Shown: positions 1-7,598 of the stretch, one piece after another | Position numbering within the stretch: position 1 is the first letter of the stretch | Layout of the letters: each line of letters opens with the position of its first letter | UHGV virus genome: UHGV-0205111 | Origin: a virus | Strand: one strand, 5' to 3' | Length of the DNA: 39,948 bases | Position numbers and translations under genes: made by a program | Notes under the pieces: generated by a model | Seen by the model: only the letters and a program-made list of their open reading frames with translations | The model's database searches: none | Told to the model about the DNA's origin: nothing

Positions 1-255
1 ATGCAAGAAAAAGCACGTAAAGTTGTAATGGATTATTTTAATAAACATGTTGATGTAACAGATAAGAAGCAGATTACCATGGATGATGTATTTGTTGTAT
101 GGTGGTGCAAGACTTTGCAGAATTGGAAAGCCTTAGTATCTACAACTGTCCCTGATGGCATATACTATGAAGTCACCCACAATGGGGATAAAAATGAAAC
201 ATACGTTGATGTATATAAAAAGTGGGAAAACTACACAGTAAAGGAAGAGGAGTAA
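1..255 (+). CDS. Conserved phage protein, DUF6275-like
   Basis: Motif DVFVVWWCKTLQNWKALVST...YYEVTHNGDKNETYVDVYKKWEN matches my recollection of DUF6275; RBS lies across the circular junction. Confidence 0.75.
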   Translation: MQEKARKVVMDYFNKHVDVTDKKQITMDDVFVVWWCKTLQNWKALVSTTVPDGIYYEVTHNGDKNETYVDVYKKWENYTVKEEE

Positions 256-305
256 TTGATTGTGTAACTTATGGCAGTTACTGAAAGTGAGGCGAGTGAT
301 GAATA

Positions 306-623
306 ATGGAACCAATTATTAGTCCATGGGCTATATATTTAGTCAACACACTAGATAGCATCAACGCAGCAGTGTTTATGTTTACAATTATTTTTGGGAT
401 GTGTTCAATACCACTCTATGATGAAAATGCGGAAAAACAACCAACCTGTTTTAAAGTTACTGTTAGTATATTTATTATTTGTCTACTATTGACAATATTT
501 TTACCAAGTAAACAAACAGTATGGATGATGATAGGAGCATCGCATGCAACACCAGATAATATTCAAGCTTTTCAGAACAATCTAATTGATTTTGCTAAAC
601 AGATATCACAAGCAATTAAATAA
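306..623 (+). CDS. Small membrane protein (2 TM), phage hypothetical
   Basis: Two hydrophobic segments; MEPIISPW N-terminus and TPDNI motif. Confidence 0.7.
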   Translation: MEPIISPWAIYLVNTLDSINAAVFMFTIIFGMCSIPLYDENAEKQPTCFKVTVSIFIICLLLTIFLPSKQTVWMMIGASHATPDNIQAFQNNLIDFAKQISQAIK

Positions 624-636
624 AGGAGAGAGTTAT

Positions 637-1080
637 ATGAAATACAAAAAAAAACCAGTTATTGTTGATGCATATCAGACTAAGAAAGAAATTGTTTGTC
701 ACACTCATAACGGAGATGTATATGCTGAACCGGGGGATTATGTTATTACTCAGATTGATGGGGAAAAATATCCATGTAAACCAGAAATTTTTGAGAAGAC
801 ATACGAAGAAGAAAAAGGTAATGGAATGACTATTGGTCAAGCCATTGAAGCAATAAAACAAGGCAGACGTTGTGCAAGAAAATGCTGGAACGGTAAGGGA
901 CAATATATTGAACTGGCAAAAAATGTAAGCTACATTAGCCCGAACGGCGAAATAGTAAATGTAAATCGCGAAGCAATGGGAAATAAAGCAGTGGCCTTTG
1001 TTGGTACATCGGGTATACAGCTTGGATGGTTGGCGTCGCAGGCTGATTTATTGTCTGAGGATTGGTATATTGTAGAATAA
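637..1080 (+). CDS. Fusion: N-terminal PGDYG-like domain plus C-terminal DUF2829 / Tad2-like anti-Thoeris sponge domain
   Basis: RBS AAGGAGAG precedes ATG 637 (the ORF-track start at 586 is unlikely). The C-terminal half MTIGQAIEAIKQGRRCARKCWNGKGQYI...GWLASQADLLSEDW is the DUF2829/Tad2 signature. The N-terminal half is KKKPVIVDAYQ...PGDYVI...YPCKPEIFEKTY. Confidence 0.8.
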   Translation: MKYKKKPVIVDAYQTKKEIVCHTHNGDVYAEPGDYVITQIDGEKYPCKPEIFEKTYEEEKGNGMTIGQAIEAIKQGRRCARKCWNGKGQYIELAKNVSYISPNGEIVNVNREAMGNKAVAFVGTSGIQLGWLASQADLLSEDWYIVE

Positions 1081-1101
1081 AAAAAGCGAGGAGAGAATAA
1101 T

Positions 1102-1521
1102 ATGGAAAAAGACATAAAAGAAGTTAAAATGCACAAATATATTGGAACAAAAGTAGTAAAAGCCTATCCATGCCCAGCTTGGAAAAATGCAGGCGGACAC
1201 AAGGTTGGAGATGAAGGATATAAAGTGATCTATGAAGATGGCTATGTGAGCTGGAGCCCAAAAGACGTATTTGAAAAACATTATAAAAAAAGTGATACGT
1301 ATATTGACAGAATGAAAATAGAATATGAAGAACTACAAGATAGACGAATGAAGCTAATAGATTTTCTCGAATATCATCGTGATTTGATAAATGACAATGA
1401 ATACTATCAAATGACAGACCAATTAGCGGTGATGAGTGAGTACGCTAGTGTTTTAAGACAACGAATTGACTATGCAAAGTTGAAGGCGGAAATGATTATG
1501 GAAAAGAAAAATGAAGAATAA
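1102..1521 (+). CDS. Fusion: KYIGTK/SWSPK domain plus Acb2-like (anti-CBASS sponge) helical domain
   Basis: C-terminal TYIDRMKIEYEELQDRRMKLIDFL...QLAVMSEYASVLRQRI resembles Acb2 / T4 Vs.4. N-terminal domain is KYIGTKVVKA...GYKVIYEDGYVSWSPKDVFEKHY. Confidence 0.72.
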   Translation: MEKDIKEVKMHKYIGTKVVKAYPCPAWKNAGGHKVGDEGYKVIYEDGYVSWSPKDVFEKHYKKSDTYIDRMKIEYEELQDRRMKLIDFLEYHRDLINDNEYYQMTDQLAVMSEYASVLRQRIDYAKLKAEMIMEKKNEE

Positions 1522-1831
1522 ATTATTGAAATTTGGCCGCTGGGCAGAAAAAAACTGGATACAGATTGTAGTAATCGTAGGGCTATTTCTCATGCTTGAA
1601 TTGGCATTGGTTTTTTTCTCATGGCTTGCTGGATACTGGTGCAATGCGCTGTTTGGCACGCACTTTGAATTATCGTCGTGCTGGGCTGGAATAGGTGCCA
1701 TAGGTACTGCACTAGGGGTCGTTGTTGGTTTGGGAAAAGCGGCGTGGACAAAATATAGTACAAATACTGCACATACAGAGAACGGTTTGATTAAAAGCGT
1801 AACAGATAAAATAGGAGGGATAGGAAAATGA
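1511..1831 (+). CDS. Holin-like membrane protein
   Basis: Two to three hydrophobic segments; overlaps the endolysin start (ATGA). Confidence 0.6.
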   Translation: MKNKLLKFGRWAEKNWIQIVVIVGLFLMLELALVFFSWLAGYWCNALFGTHFELSSCWAGIGAIGTALGVVVGLGKAAWTKYSTNTAHTENGLIKSVTDKIGGIGK

Positions 1832-2409
1832 CGCGTGAGCAGCTAGCAAGAGAAATTGCAAAAGGAATTGTAAATACCGGCGTAGAAGGAAGTTTTGACA
1901 CCATTACATGCAGCACGGCCGGTGATTATCCGTCTATTGGCATTAGCCAGTGGGAAGGACCGCGGGCAGATCGACTGTTGGCGATGATTCCGGGAGGGGA
2001 TCAATTTAGCAGCCGGACATTTAGCGACATCAAAGCAGCCGGAGAATTAGATGATTTGCAGAATCTGTTATCAAGTGATGCCGGAGAAACGGCGCAACTT
2101 GAGCAATTAACAAATGATTGCTTATCTTATGTAGATGCACTGTGGGAAGTATCAGACTTAGATCAAGCCCGTCCGCTGATTTATTGTGGGATTTGGTGCC
2201 CGACGTCAACATATGTCGTACAGCAGTTTTGCCTGCGCCGCCAGGAACGAGGGTATGATTTAAGAAGCTTAGAATGCGTGTATGAAATGTTTCGCGATGA
2301 ATATGCCAATGCGGCGGGTTGCGGCGAATATCAAGAAGGATATGCGAACCGGGCATATGCGACATATGAATATGTTGAAACATTGGATTTGAGCGAATAC
2401 GGAGAGTAA
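1828..2409 (+). CDS. Endolysin (lysozyme-like fold, no evident cell-wall binding domain)
   Basis: VEGSFD...PSIGISQW and terminal GYANRA motifs typical of lysozyme-like muramidases; lies between holin and spanin-like genes. Confidence 0.65.
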   Translation: MTREQLAREIAKGIVNTGVEGSFDTITCSTAGDYPSIGISQWEGPRADRLLAMIPGGDQFSSRTFSDIKAAGELDDLQNLLSSDAGETAQLEQLTNDCLSYVDALWEVSDLDQARPLIYCGIWCPTSTYVVQQFCLRRQERGYDLRSLECVYEMFRDEYANAAGCGEYQEGYANRAYATYEYVETLDLSEYGE

Positions 2410-2418
2410 GGAGGCATC

Positions 2419-2796
2419 ATGATTGCTGAGAGTATTGAGAAACATAAAAATAAAATATATTTTGTTGTCTGTATTTTGCTTGTTGTGTTTGTCTTTGCCG
2501 CGGGATGGATGGTGTGCAGATATTACGAACAAACAAATGATACACCTATCGCCGGAACAGTGGACAATGTACGAGCGGACGCTGACAGAGCTGGATATGA
2601 AATTGATACAGCTGGAAAAGAACTCGAAAGCGGACAAAAGCGACTTAGCGATGCTACGGCAACAACTGACAGAATCGCAGAACGCAATACAGAAAGCGCA
2701 AGCCTCATTGAAGATTGCAGAAAACTCATTGACAAACTTGCAAAACAATGTACAGATATTGAAAACGCAAATAAAACAGAAAGAGCAGGAGAATAA
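2419..2796 (+). CDS. i-spanin-like (Rz-like) protein
   Basis: N-terminal TM anchor followed by a helical/coiled-coil region, immediately after the endolysin. Confidence 0.55.
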   Translation: MIAESIEKHKNKIYFVVCILLVVFVFAAGWMVCRYYEQTNDTPIAGTVDNVRADADRAGYEIDTAGKELESGQKRLSDATATTDRIAERNTESASLIEDCRKLIDKLAKQCTDIENANKTERAGE

Positions 2797-2869
2797 AAGG
2801 CTGCAGCGACAAAGAGATACATATGCTGTTATCGCTGCTATATTTGCAATAACAACCATAGCTAAATAA
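2423..2869 (+). CDS. Overlapping spanin-like coiled-coil protein (signal peptide, C-terminal hydrophobic tail)
   Basis: TTG start 8 nt after AAGGAGG; long heptad coiled coil; ends just before the terminator. Confidence 0.6.
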   Translation: MLRVLRNIKIKYILLSVFCLLCLSLPRDGWCADITNKQMIHLSPEQWTMYERTLTELDMKLIQLEKNSKADKSDLAMLRQQLTESQNAIQKAQASLKIAENSLTNLQNNVQILKTQIKQKEQENKRLQRQRDTYAVIAAIFAITTIAK

Positions 2870-2880
2870 TTTTTTTAAAG

Positions 2881-2919
2881 CGTCATAAATGCGATAGTGT
2901 GTTTATGACGTTTTTTTTT
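2881..2919 (+). terminator. Rho-independent terminator of the late/lysis operon
   Basis: CGTCATAAA...TTTATGACG stem followed by T9. Confidence 0.75.
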
Positions 2920-2940
2920 ATAAGGAGATGTTATATGTAA

Positions 2941-3177
2941 ATGAAGGAAAGCAGAAAACAAGCTAAAGCGTGGATAGATGGATTAACCAAAAGCAGATTT
3001 AATGCAGTCGTAGATGAACTGAAATTGACGCCATTTCAGCGTGAAATAGTAATGATGCGGCATGTAAACGGATTTGACAATAGCCGTATAGCTATTGAAA
3101 CCATGCGCTGCAAAGAACAAATTAGTGCAGAATTATCAAAAATATATGAAAGAATCGCGACTAATTTTTTACAATAA
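2941..3177 (+). CDS. Small sigma-70 region 4 / LuxR-like HTH protein
   Basis: LTPFQREIVMMRHVNGFDNSRIAIETMRCKEQISAELSKI pattern. Confidence 0.6.
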   Translation: MKESRKQAKAWIDGLTKSRFNAVVDELKLTPFQREIVMMRHVNGFDNSRIAIETMRCKEQISAELSKIYERIATNFLQ

Positions 3178-3248
3178 TTTAGCTATTTTCTGATTAATTA
3201 TTATTTATTTTAGCGAATAAATTTAAACTATAATATAGTCAAAGAGAG

Positions 3249-3569
3249 GTGCTGAATATGTATTACAACCCAATGATGCAGCAGGTACAAGGATATAGAG
3301 TAGGCAGTATGCAAGATGTTGTACAAGCGCAGATACCGTTTGATGGCTCAACAACATACTACCCTTGCCAGAATCAGAATTGCATATATACAAAAGCACT
3401 TGATTTGAATACAGGGCGAGCAATAATCCTTGAATATCGTTTGGTACAGCAAGAACAAAGCAAAACAAATGTAAGTGATTTAGAAAAACGAATTGAAAAA
3501 ATAGAACAATTATTACAAGGAGGAAACGAAAATGCAATTAATGCAAATGTGGCAAATGATGCAAGGTAG
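3249..3569 (+). CDS. Hypothetical protein, gene 1 of the Q/N-rich module
   Basis: Coherent ORF with IPFDGSTTYY...IYTK motif and C-terminal coiled coil; GTG start or the ATG at 3258. Confidence 0.7.
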   Translation: MLNMYYNPMMQQVQGYRVGSMQDVVQAQIPFDGSTTYYPCQNQNCIYTKALDLNTGRAIILEYRLVQQEQSKTNVSDLEKRIEKIEQLLQGGNENAINANVANDAR

Positions 3570-3747
3570 TCAAAACCCAATGGGAATGCTAAAAAACATG
3601 TGTGGAAATAATCCGGCATTCGCAAATTTACAACAGCTTATAAATGGGAAAGGCCCGCAGCAGCTGGAACAAATTGCAAGAAATATGGCAAAAGAACGAG
3701 GTGTTAACATTGATGCTATGATGGCACAAATGGGGCTGAAAAAATAA
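3532..3747 (+). CDS. Met/Gln-rich small protein, gene 2 of the module
   Basis: RBS AGGAGG; MQLMQMWQMMQGSQNPMGML...QIARNMAKERGV. Confidence 0.75.
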   Translation: MQLMQMWQMMQGSQNPMGMLKNMCGNNPAFANLQQLINGKGPQQLEQIARNMAKERGVNIDAMMAQMGLKK

Positions 3748-3801
3748 CGGTTATAAACTAATTAGTTTATTTATAAAAAAATAAAAAAGGAGGAAAAAGA
3801 A

Positions 3802-4482
3802 ATGATGGAAAACGCAGGTATTCCGGTAACGTATGACTTGAACAATAGAAATACTGATATGTGGAGTTCTAGCGGCAGTTTTATTTGGGTATTTTTAATT
3901 TTTGCTATGATGATGTGGGGCGGTAATGGTATGTGGGGAGGAAATCACAGCGGCTTAAACCAGGTCACCAATGATTTCTTATATACTAATCTCAACAGCC
4001 GCTTGGGAGATGGAATTACGCAGCTCACACAGCAAAATTTCGAGGCCCAAAAAGACGGCTGGCAGCAGTCGCAGGCAGTGCAGATGGCATTAGCTCAAAA
4101 CGGATTTATTACGCAAAACAACACGAAAGACTTACAAATGCAGCTGGCGCAGAATGCGTTTCAATCGCAGCAGTGTTGTTGTGAAACGCAAAAGGCTATT
4201 GCAGCAGTACAAGCAGAAAACTATAAAAATACGTGCGAAATCACGACAGCAATACATGCAGAAGGAGAAGCAACACGCGCCCTGATCACACAGAATGTAA
4301 TGCAGGATTTGCGGGATAAATTAGCAGATCGTGACAGAGAGTTGCAAACCGCAAATTTACATTTGTCGCAGCAAGCACAGAACGCAACGCTGATCGGAGC
4401 CCTGCGGCCAACACCGATTCCGGCATATGTAACAAACAGCCCGTATCAATCGGTAAGTGCATGCAGTGGATGCAATAATTAA
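3802..4482 (+). CDS. Gln/Asn-rich protein with hydrophobic Gly/Trp N-terminus, QCCCE motif and coiled coil, gene 3 of the module
   Basis: RBS AAGGAGG; WVFLIFAMMMWGGNGMWGG, QQCCCETQKAI, PTPIPAY and C-terminal CSGC. Confidence 0.85.
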   Translation: MMENAGIPVTYDLNNRNTDMWSSSGSFIWVFLIFAMMMWGGNGMWGGNHSGLNQVTNDFLYTNLNSRLGDGITQLTQQNFEAQKDGWQQSQAVQMALAQNGFITQNNTKDLQMQLAQNAFQSQQCCCETQKAIAAVQAENYKNTCEITTAIHAEGEATRALITQNVMQDLRDKLADRDRELQTANLHLSQQAQNATLIGALRPTPIPAYVTNSPYQSVSACSGCNN

Positions 4483-4501
4483 TAACAGTGTATGTCTACA
4501 C

Positions 4502-4532
4502 AAAAAGGGACGGCATGCACCGTCCCTTTTTT
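4502..4532 (+). terminator. Intra-operon hairpin / terminator
   Basis: AAAAAGGGACGG-loop-CCGTCCCTTTTTT. Confidence 0.7.
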
Positions 4533-4548
4533 ATAGGAGGAGTAAAAA

Positions 4549-4974
4549 ATGACGTGCTATAAAAAATCATCATGTATGGCAATTAACACAGCATCTCAAG
4601 CCGTCGCAGCCAACGGCATGGCTAATTTTGCAACTAGTAATACGACGGGGTGCAGCATAAGCTATATTAACGGGAGCAATACGGTTACGCTAAAAAATAA
4701 AGGTCTGTACTATGTAAATGTATCAGCCGAATTAATCGGGACCACTGCTGGAACAGGCACGATACAATTATTGAAAAATAATACAGCTGTTCCGGGTGCG
4801 CAAGCAGCGGCAACACTTAGCAGCGGTGATACGGCAAACCTAAGCTTTGCAGCAATTATTGATGTTTTGAAATCATGCGATTGTATCAATAATAAAGCCG
4901 CACTGCAAGTGCAGCTATCCGGAGTTGGTGCAACTGTAAATAACATAACAATGACCGTTATAAAAATTGCATAG
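4549..4974 (+). CDS. BclA C-terminal / C1q-TNF-like beta-sandwich protein, gene 4 of the module
   Basis: NTVTLKNKGLYYVNVSA...IQLLKNNTAVPGA...NITMTVIKIA pattern; several Cys residues. Confidence 0.65.
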   Translation: MTCYKKSSCMAINTASQAVAANGMANFATSNTTGCSISYINGSNTVTLKNKGLYYVNVSAELIGTTAGTGTIQLLKNNTAVPGAQAAATLSSGDTANLSFAAIIDVLKSCDCINNKAALQVQLSGVGATVNNITMTVIKIA

Positions 4975-4985
4975 GAGAGATATAC

Positions 4986-5441
4986 ATGGAAATGATATTA
5001 GACATATATAAAAAAGTATCGAAAGATGCATCTAAAGAACAAATTATAGATAACATGATTGCGTCACTAGCTCAAAAAGTAAAAAAAGATTGCCCGGAAG
5101 AATACAAAAAGATTTTTTTAATAATGCACAACGAAATATACGATGGGCATTTTTGCGAATGTTTGGCCAAGAAAGCAGTATCAGAAATGGAAAATGCCGA
5201 TGGAACACATGGCGGCCATTGGACGAAAGAACAGACTATGTCTGTCATGAATCAATATAACGTCAAAGCAGATATAAACGACTGGCACTATGTCATGAAT
5301 ATGATGTACAGTGATTACTGTAAAATCATTGGCGAAGACATCGGCATGTATGCTCATTTAGCTGATGCATATATTAATGATATTGATGCGCCAAAGGACA
5401 AAGCGTTTAGAATTTATTTGGCCACGCATGAAATTGATTAG
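4986..5441 (+). CDS. Hypothetical helical protein, gene 5 of the module
   Basis: ENADGTHGGHWTKEQT and DWHYVMNMMYSDY motifs; RBS GGAGAG. Confidence 0.75.
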   Translation: MEMILDIYKKVSKDASKEQIIDNMIASLAQKVKKDCPEEYKKIFLIMHNEIYDGHFCECLAKKAVSEMENADGTHGGHWTKEQTMSVMNQYNVKADINDWHYVMNMMYSDYCKIIGEDIGMYAHLADAYINDIDAPKDKAFRIYLATHEID

Positions 5442-5463
5442 CTATAATTAATCAATTTCATGC
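5426..5463. repeat. Perfect 15-bp inverted repeat
   Basis: GCATGAAATTGATTA-N8-TAATCAATTTCATGC overlapping the stop codon of 4986..5441. Confidence 0.85.
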
Positions 5464-5478
5464 ATATAAAATAAAAGA

Positions 5479-5522
5479 CCTCAATTAGTATTGTATGGAA
5501 GACTAGAAGATACTAATTGAGG
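5479..5522. other. Candidate attP for the serine integrase
   Basis: CCTCAATTAGTAT-N18-ATACTAATTGAGG, 44 bp, directly downstream of the integrase; symmetry centre at AG 5500-5501. Confidence 0.55.
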
Positions 5523-5598
5523 GCGTGCATAAAACAGCGTGGTTGAGCCATTTTATAAAATGCATATTCGATTAACATGTGATGAAAAAACAGTGATA

Positions 5599-5638
5599 AC
5601 AGAAAGAGCCGTCTTAAAGAAAAGACGGCTCTTTCTGT
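5599..5638. terminator. Bidirectional terminator at the integrase 3' end
   Basis: ACAGAAAGAGCCGTCTT-N6-AAGACGGCTCTTTCTGT perfect 17-bp stem. Confidence 0.8.
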
Positions 5639-5641
5639 ATA

Positions 5642-7282
5642 TTAATGAGTAGTGTATATAAATTCGTGAGTTATACCATTTTTAAAAGTAATCGACTGAA
5701 TACGCCTGTTTTTTATATTGATTTTTGAAATAATGGCGTGTACAAAGTCGAACGCTATTTTTTCCCCGACGGTTGCCATGAGTGTATCATATGTAATGGG
5801 TGCGGAGTCAGTGAGCAACTTTTTTAGATTATCGTTTTGCATTGCTACAGAAATGGACGGAGACGGCACCGTAGGTTTTGCCGGATATTCCAACGCCTGC
5901 AGCTGTGCAAGCAGCCGTTTCTTTTCGGTAACGTATTCATCGCGGCTGATGCTTTCATCATCATATAGATACAAGTCTTTTAAACGCTGTAAGGCTCGTT
6001 CGATGCGGCTGCGCTTTGCGTCGTTGTTGATGCGGAATGGCTGTAAAGGGGTATCTGTCGGTGGTTGATAGTCTACACGGTGTGATTTTTTTATACTGTC
6101 AAAGATGATCTGCAGGTTTATAATATGAGAAATAGCAGCAAGCTCATTACCTTGAAGCAGTAGCGGTTCTAACTGTGACGGCGACTGTAGCATATCGATG
6201 CAAGATTGAACATATAGCATATTTTGTATATATCGAAAAATAAATGGCGTCAATTTTACGTCACTAGGCGTATATGACTCTTTACAACCTCGGTTTAAAA
6301 CATGACTTAAACAAGTGTATAAGCTCGAGTCAATAGGATGGCATGCTCTTGGTTTATCTTTACGTGCAGTAAAACAACTACCGCAAGGGCAATAAAGAAG
6401 TTTAGCGTATAAATGAATATGTCTGGAAAGCTTTTTAGGCTTAGGTCGAATAATCAAATATTTTTGAATAGCGTCAAATTCAGCTTGTGGAATAATAGCT
6501 GGAAATATATTCTCAACAACTACCCATTCTGCTGGCGGCAAACGCCGCCATTTTCCGCGCTTGGATGTACGATTATATACCAAATCACCTTTATATACGG
6601 GATTTGTTAATATAGCACGAATTTTTTTTACAGACCATACATGACCGGATTTTGTTAAAATATGCTGATTATTGCAAGCAAGCATAACTTGATACATGAC
6701 ATGCGTCTTTTTAAAACAACTAAATATGTAACGCACTGTCTGGGCTTCTTCATCGTTGATTACAAGCGTCTTGCGTGTCTTATCCCAATTGTAGCCCAGG
6801 GGAATAGCACCACCGACGCGGATTCCCTTTTTTGATCGAGCAAGCATGACATTCCCTACACGTTCGCTAGTGACTTCTCGTTCCATTTGCGCGAACGTCA
6901 AAGAAATCGTAAGCATGGCACGGCCCATGGGCGTAGACGTATCGAACTGGTCATTGAGCGAAATAAAAGTCACGCCTAGCGATTGCAACTCATTGTACAT
7001 GAGAGAAAAGTCTAATACGCTGCGGCTGATACGGTCTAGCTTGTATACTAAAATATGCGTAAATTCACCGGCTCGACAACGAGAAATCATATCTTGATAT
7101 GCCGGCCGTTTTGTGTTTTTGCCGGAAAAGCCGGCATCTTGAAAAATCTCATATGCTGAAATATGCAATACATGCTGAGCATACGAAATAAGAGCTTCCT
7201 TTTGCACCGGAAGACTGTATTTATCTACTTGGTGTATCGTAGATACGCGGCAGTAGATGGCCGCTTTTTGTTGTTTTTTCAT
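5642..7282 (-). CDS. int: Large serine recombinase (phage integrase)
   Basis: AIYCRVST catalytic Ser motif, D.GFSGKNTKRPAYQ, VYKLDRISRS, recombinase domain PLGY...NPVYKG, zinc ribbon LLYCPCG. Confidence 0.96.
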   Translation of the reverse strand: MKKQQKAAIYCRVSTIHQVDKYSLPVQKEALISYAQHVLHISAYEIFQDAGFSGKNTKRPAYQDMISRCRAGEFTHILVYKLDRISRSVLDFSLMYNELQSLGVTFISLNDQFDTSTPMGRAMLTISLTFAQMEREVTSERVGNVMLARSKKGIRVGGAIPLGYNWDKTRKTLVINDEEAQTVRYIFSCFKKTHVMYQVMLACNNQHILTKSGHVWSVKKIRAILTNPVYKGDLVYNRTSKRGKWRRLPPAEWVVVENIFPAIIPQAEFDAIQKYLIIRPKPKKLSRHIHLYAKLLYCPCGSCFTARKDKPRACHPIDSSLYTCLSHVLNRGCKESYTPSDVKLTPFIFRYIQNMLYVQSCIDMLQSPSQLEPLLLQGNELAAISHIINLQIIFDSIKKSHRVDYQPPTDTPLQPFRINNDAKRSRIERALQRLKDLYLYDDESISRDEYVTEKKRLLAQLQALEYPAKPTVPSPSISVAMQNDNLKKLLTDSAPITYDTLMATVGEKIAFDFVHAIISKINIKNRRIQSITFKNGITHEFIYTTH

Positions 7283-7380
7283 AGCAATCCTTCCTTTTAG
7301 GCGTGCGGTTGCCGATCATAAAGGAATTTGCTATAATGATGTAATCATAGCAATCCTTTCTGTAGGCGTGCGGTCTTTGA
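7281..7380 (-). promoter_or_regulatory. Integrase leader: duplicated RBS cassette, 5-codon uORF (7331..7348, MITSL) and anti-RBS hairpin
   Basis: Direct repeat ATAGCAATCCTT..TAGGCGTGCGGT at 7281 and 7347; minus-strand ATAGCAAATTCCTT can pair with AAGGATTGCTAT over the int RBS and ATG. Confidence 0.55.
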
Positions 7381-7399
7381 AACGGCTTGCTTTGATGCG

Positions 7400-7436
7400 G
7401 CCGTCCGTGTTGGTAGCGCGGGCGGCTTTTTATTTT
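7400..7436. terminator. GC-rich hairpin upstream of the integrase
   Basis: GCCGTCCGTG-TTGGTAG-CGCGGGCGGC followed by a T run on the + strand. Confidence 0.55.
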
Positions 7437-7566
7437 ATCAAAGTGTGAAGCCAAACGGAGTTTTAGATGTAGTATAATAAACGTGTAGAAGGGTTTTCGC
7501 CAAATTACCCCTATACAACACAACTGAATATTGAAGAGAGTTCTTTGCGATAGCGAACTCATGACT

Positions 7567-7598
7567 GCCCCGGACATGCTGCTATGTTCGGGGTTCTT
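7567..7598. terminator. Hairpin downstream of the immunity operon
   Basis: GCCCCGGACAT-GCTGCT-ATGTTCGGGGT. Confidence 0.5.

Noticed and set aside
586..636. N-terminal extension of the ORF-track 586..1080 protein
   Set aside because: It overlaps the upstream gene and has no RBS; the RBS supports ATG 637. Similar trimming was applied at 14168, 16262, 19293 and 20839.
7221..7577. 118-aa minus-strand ORF upstream of int as an RDF or regulator
   Set aside because: It runs through hairpins and the duplicated leader, has no RBS and no protein-like features.
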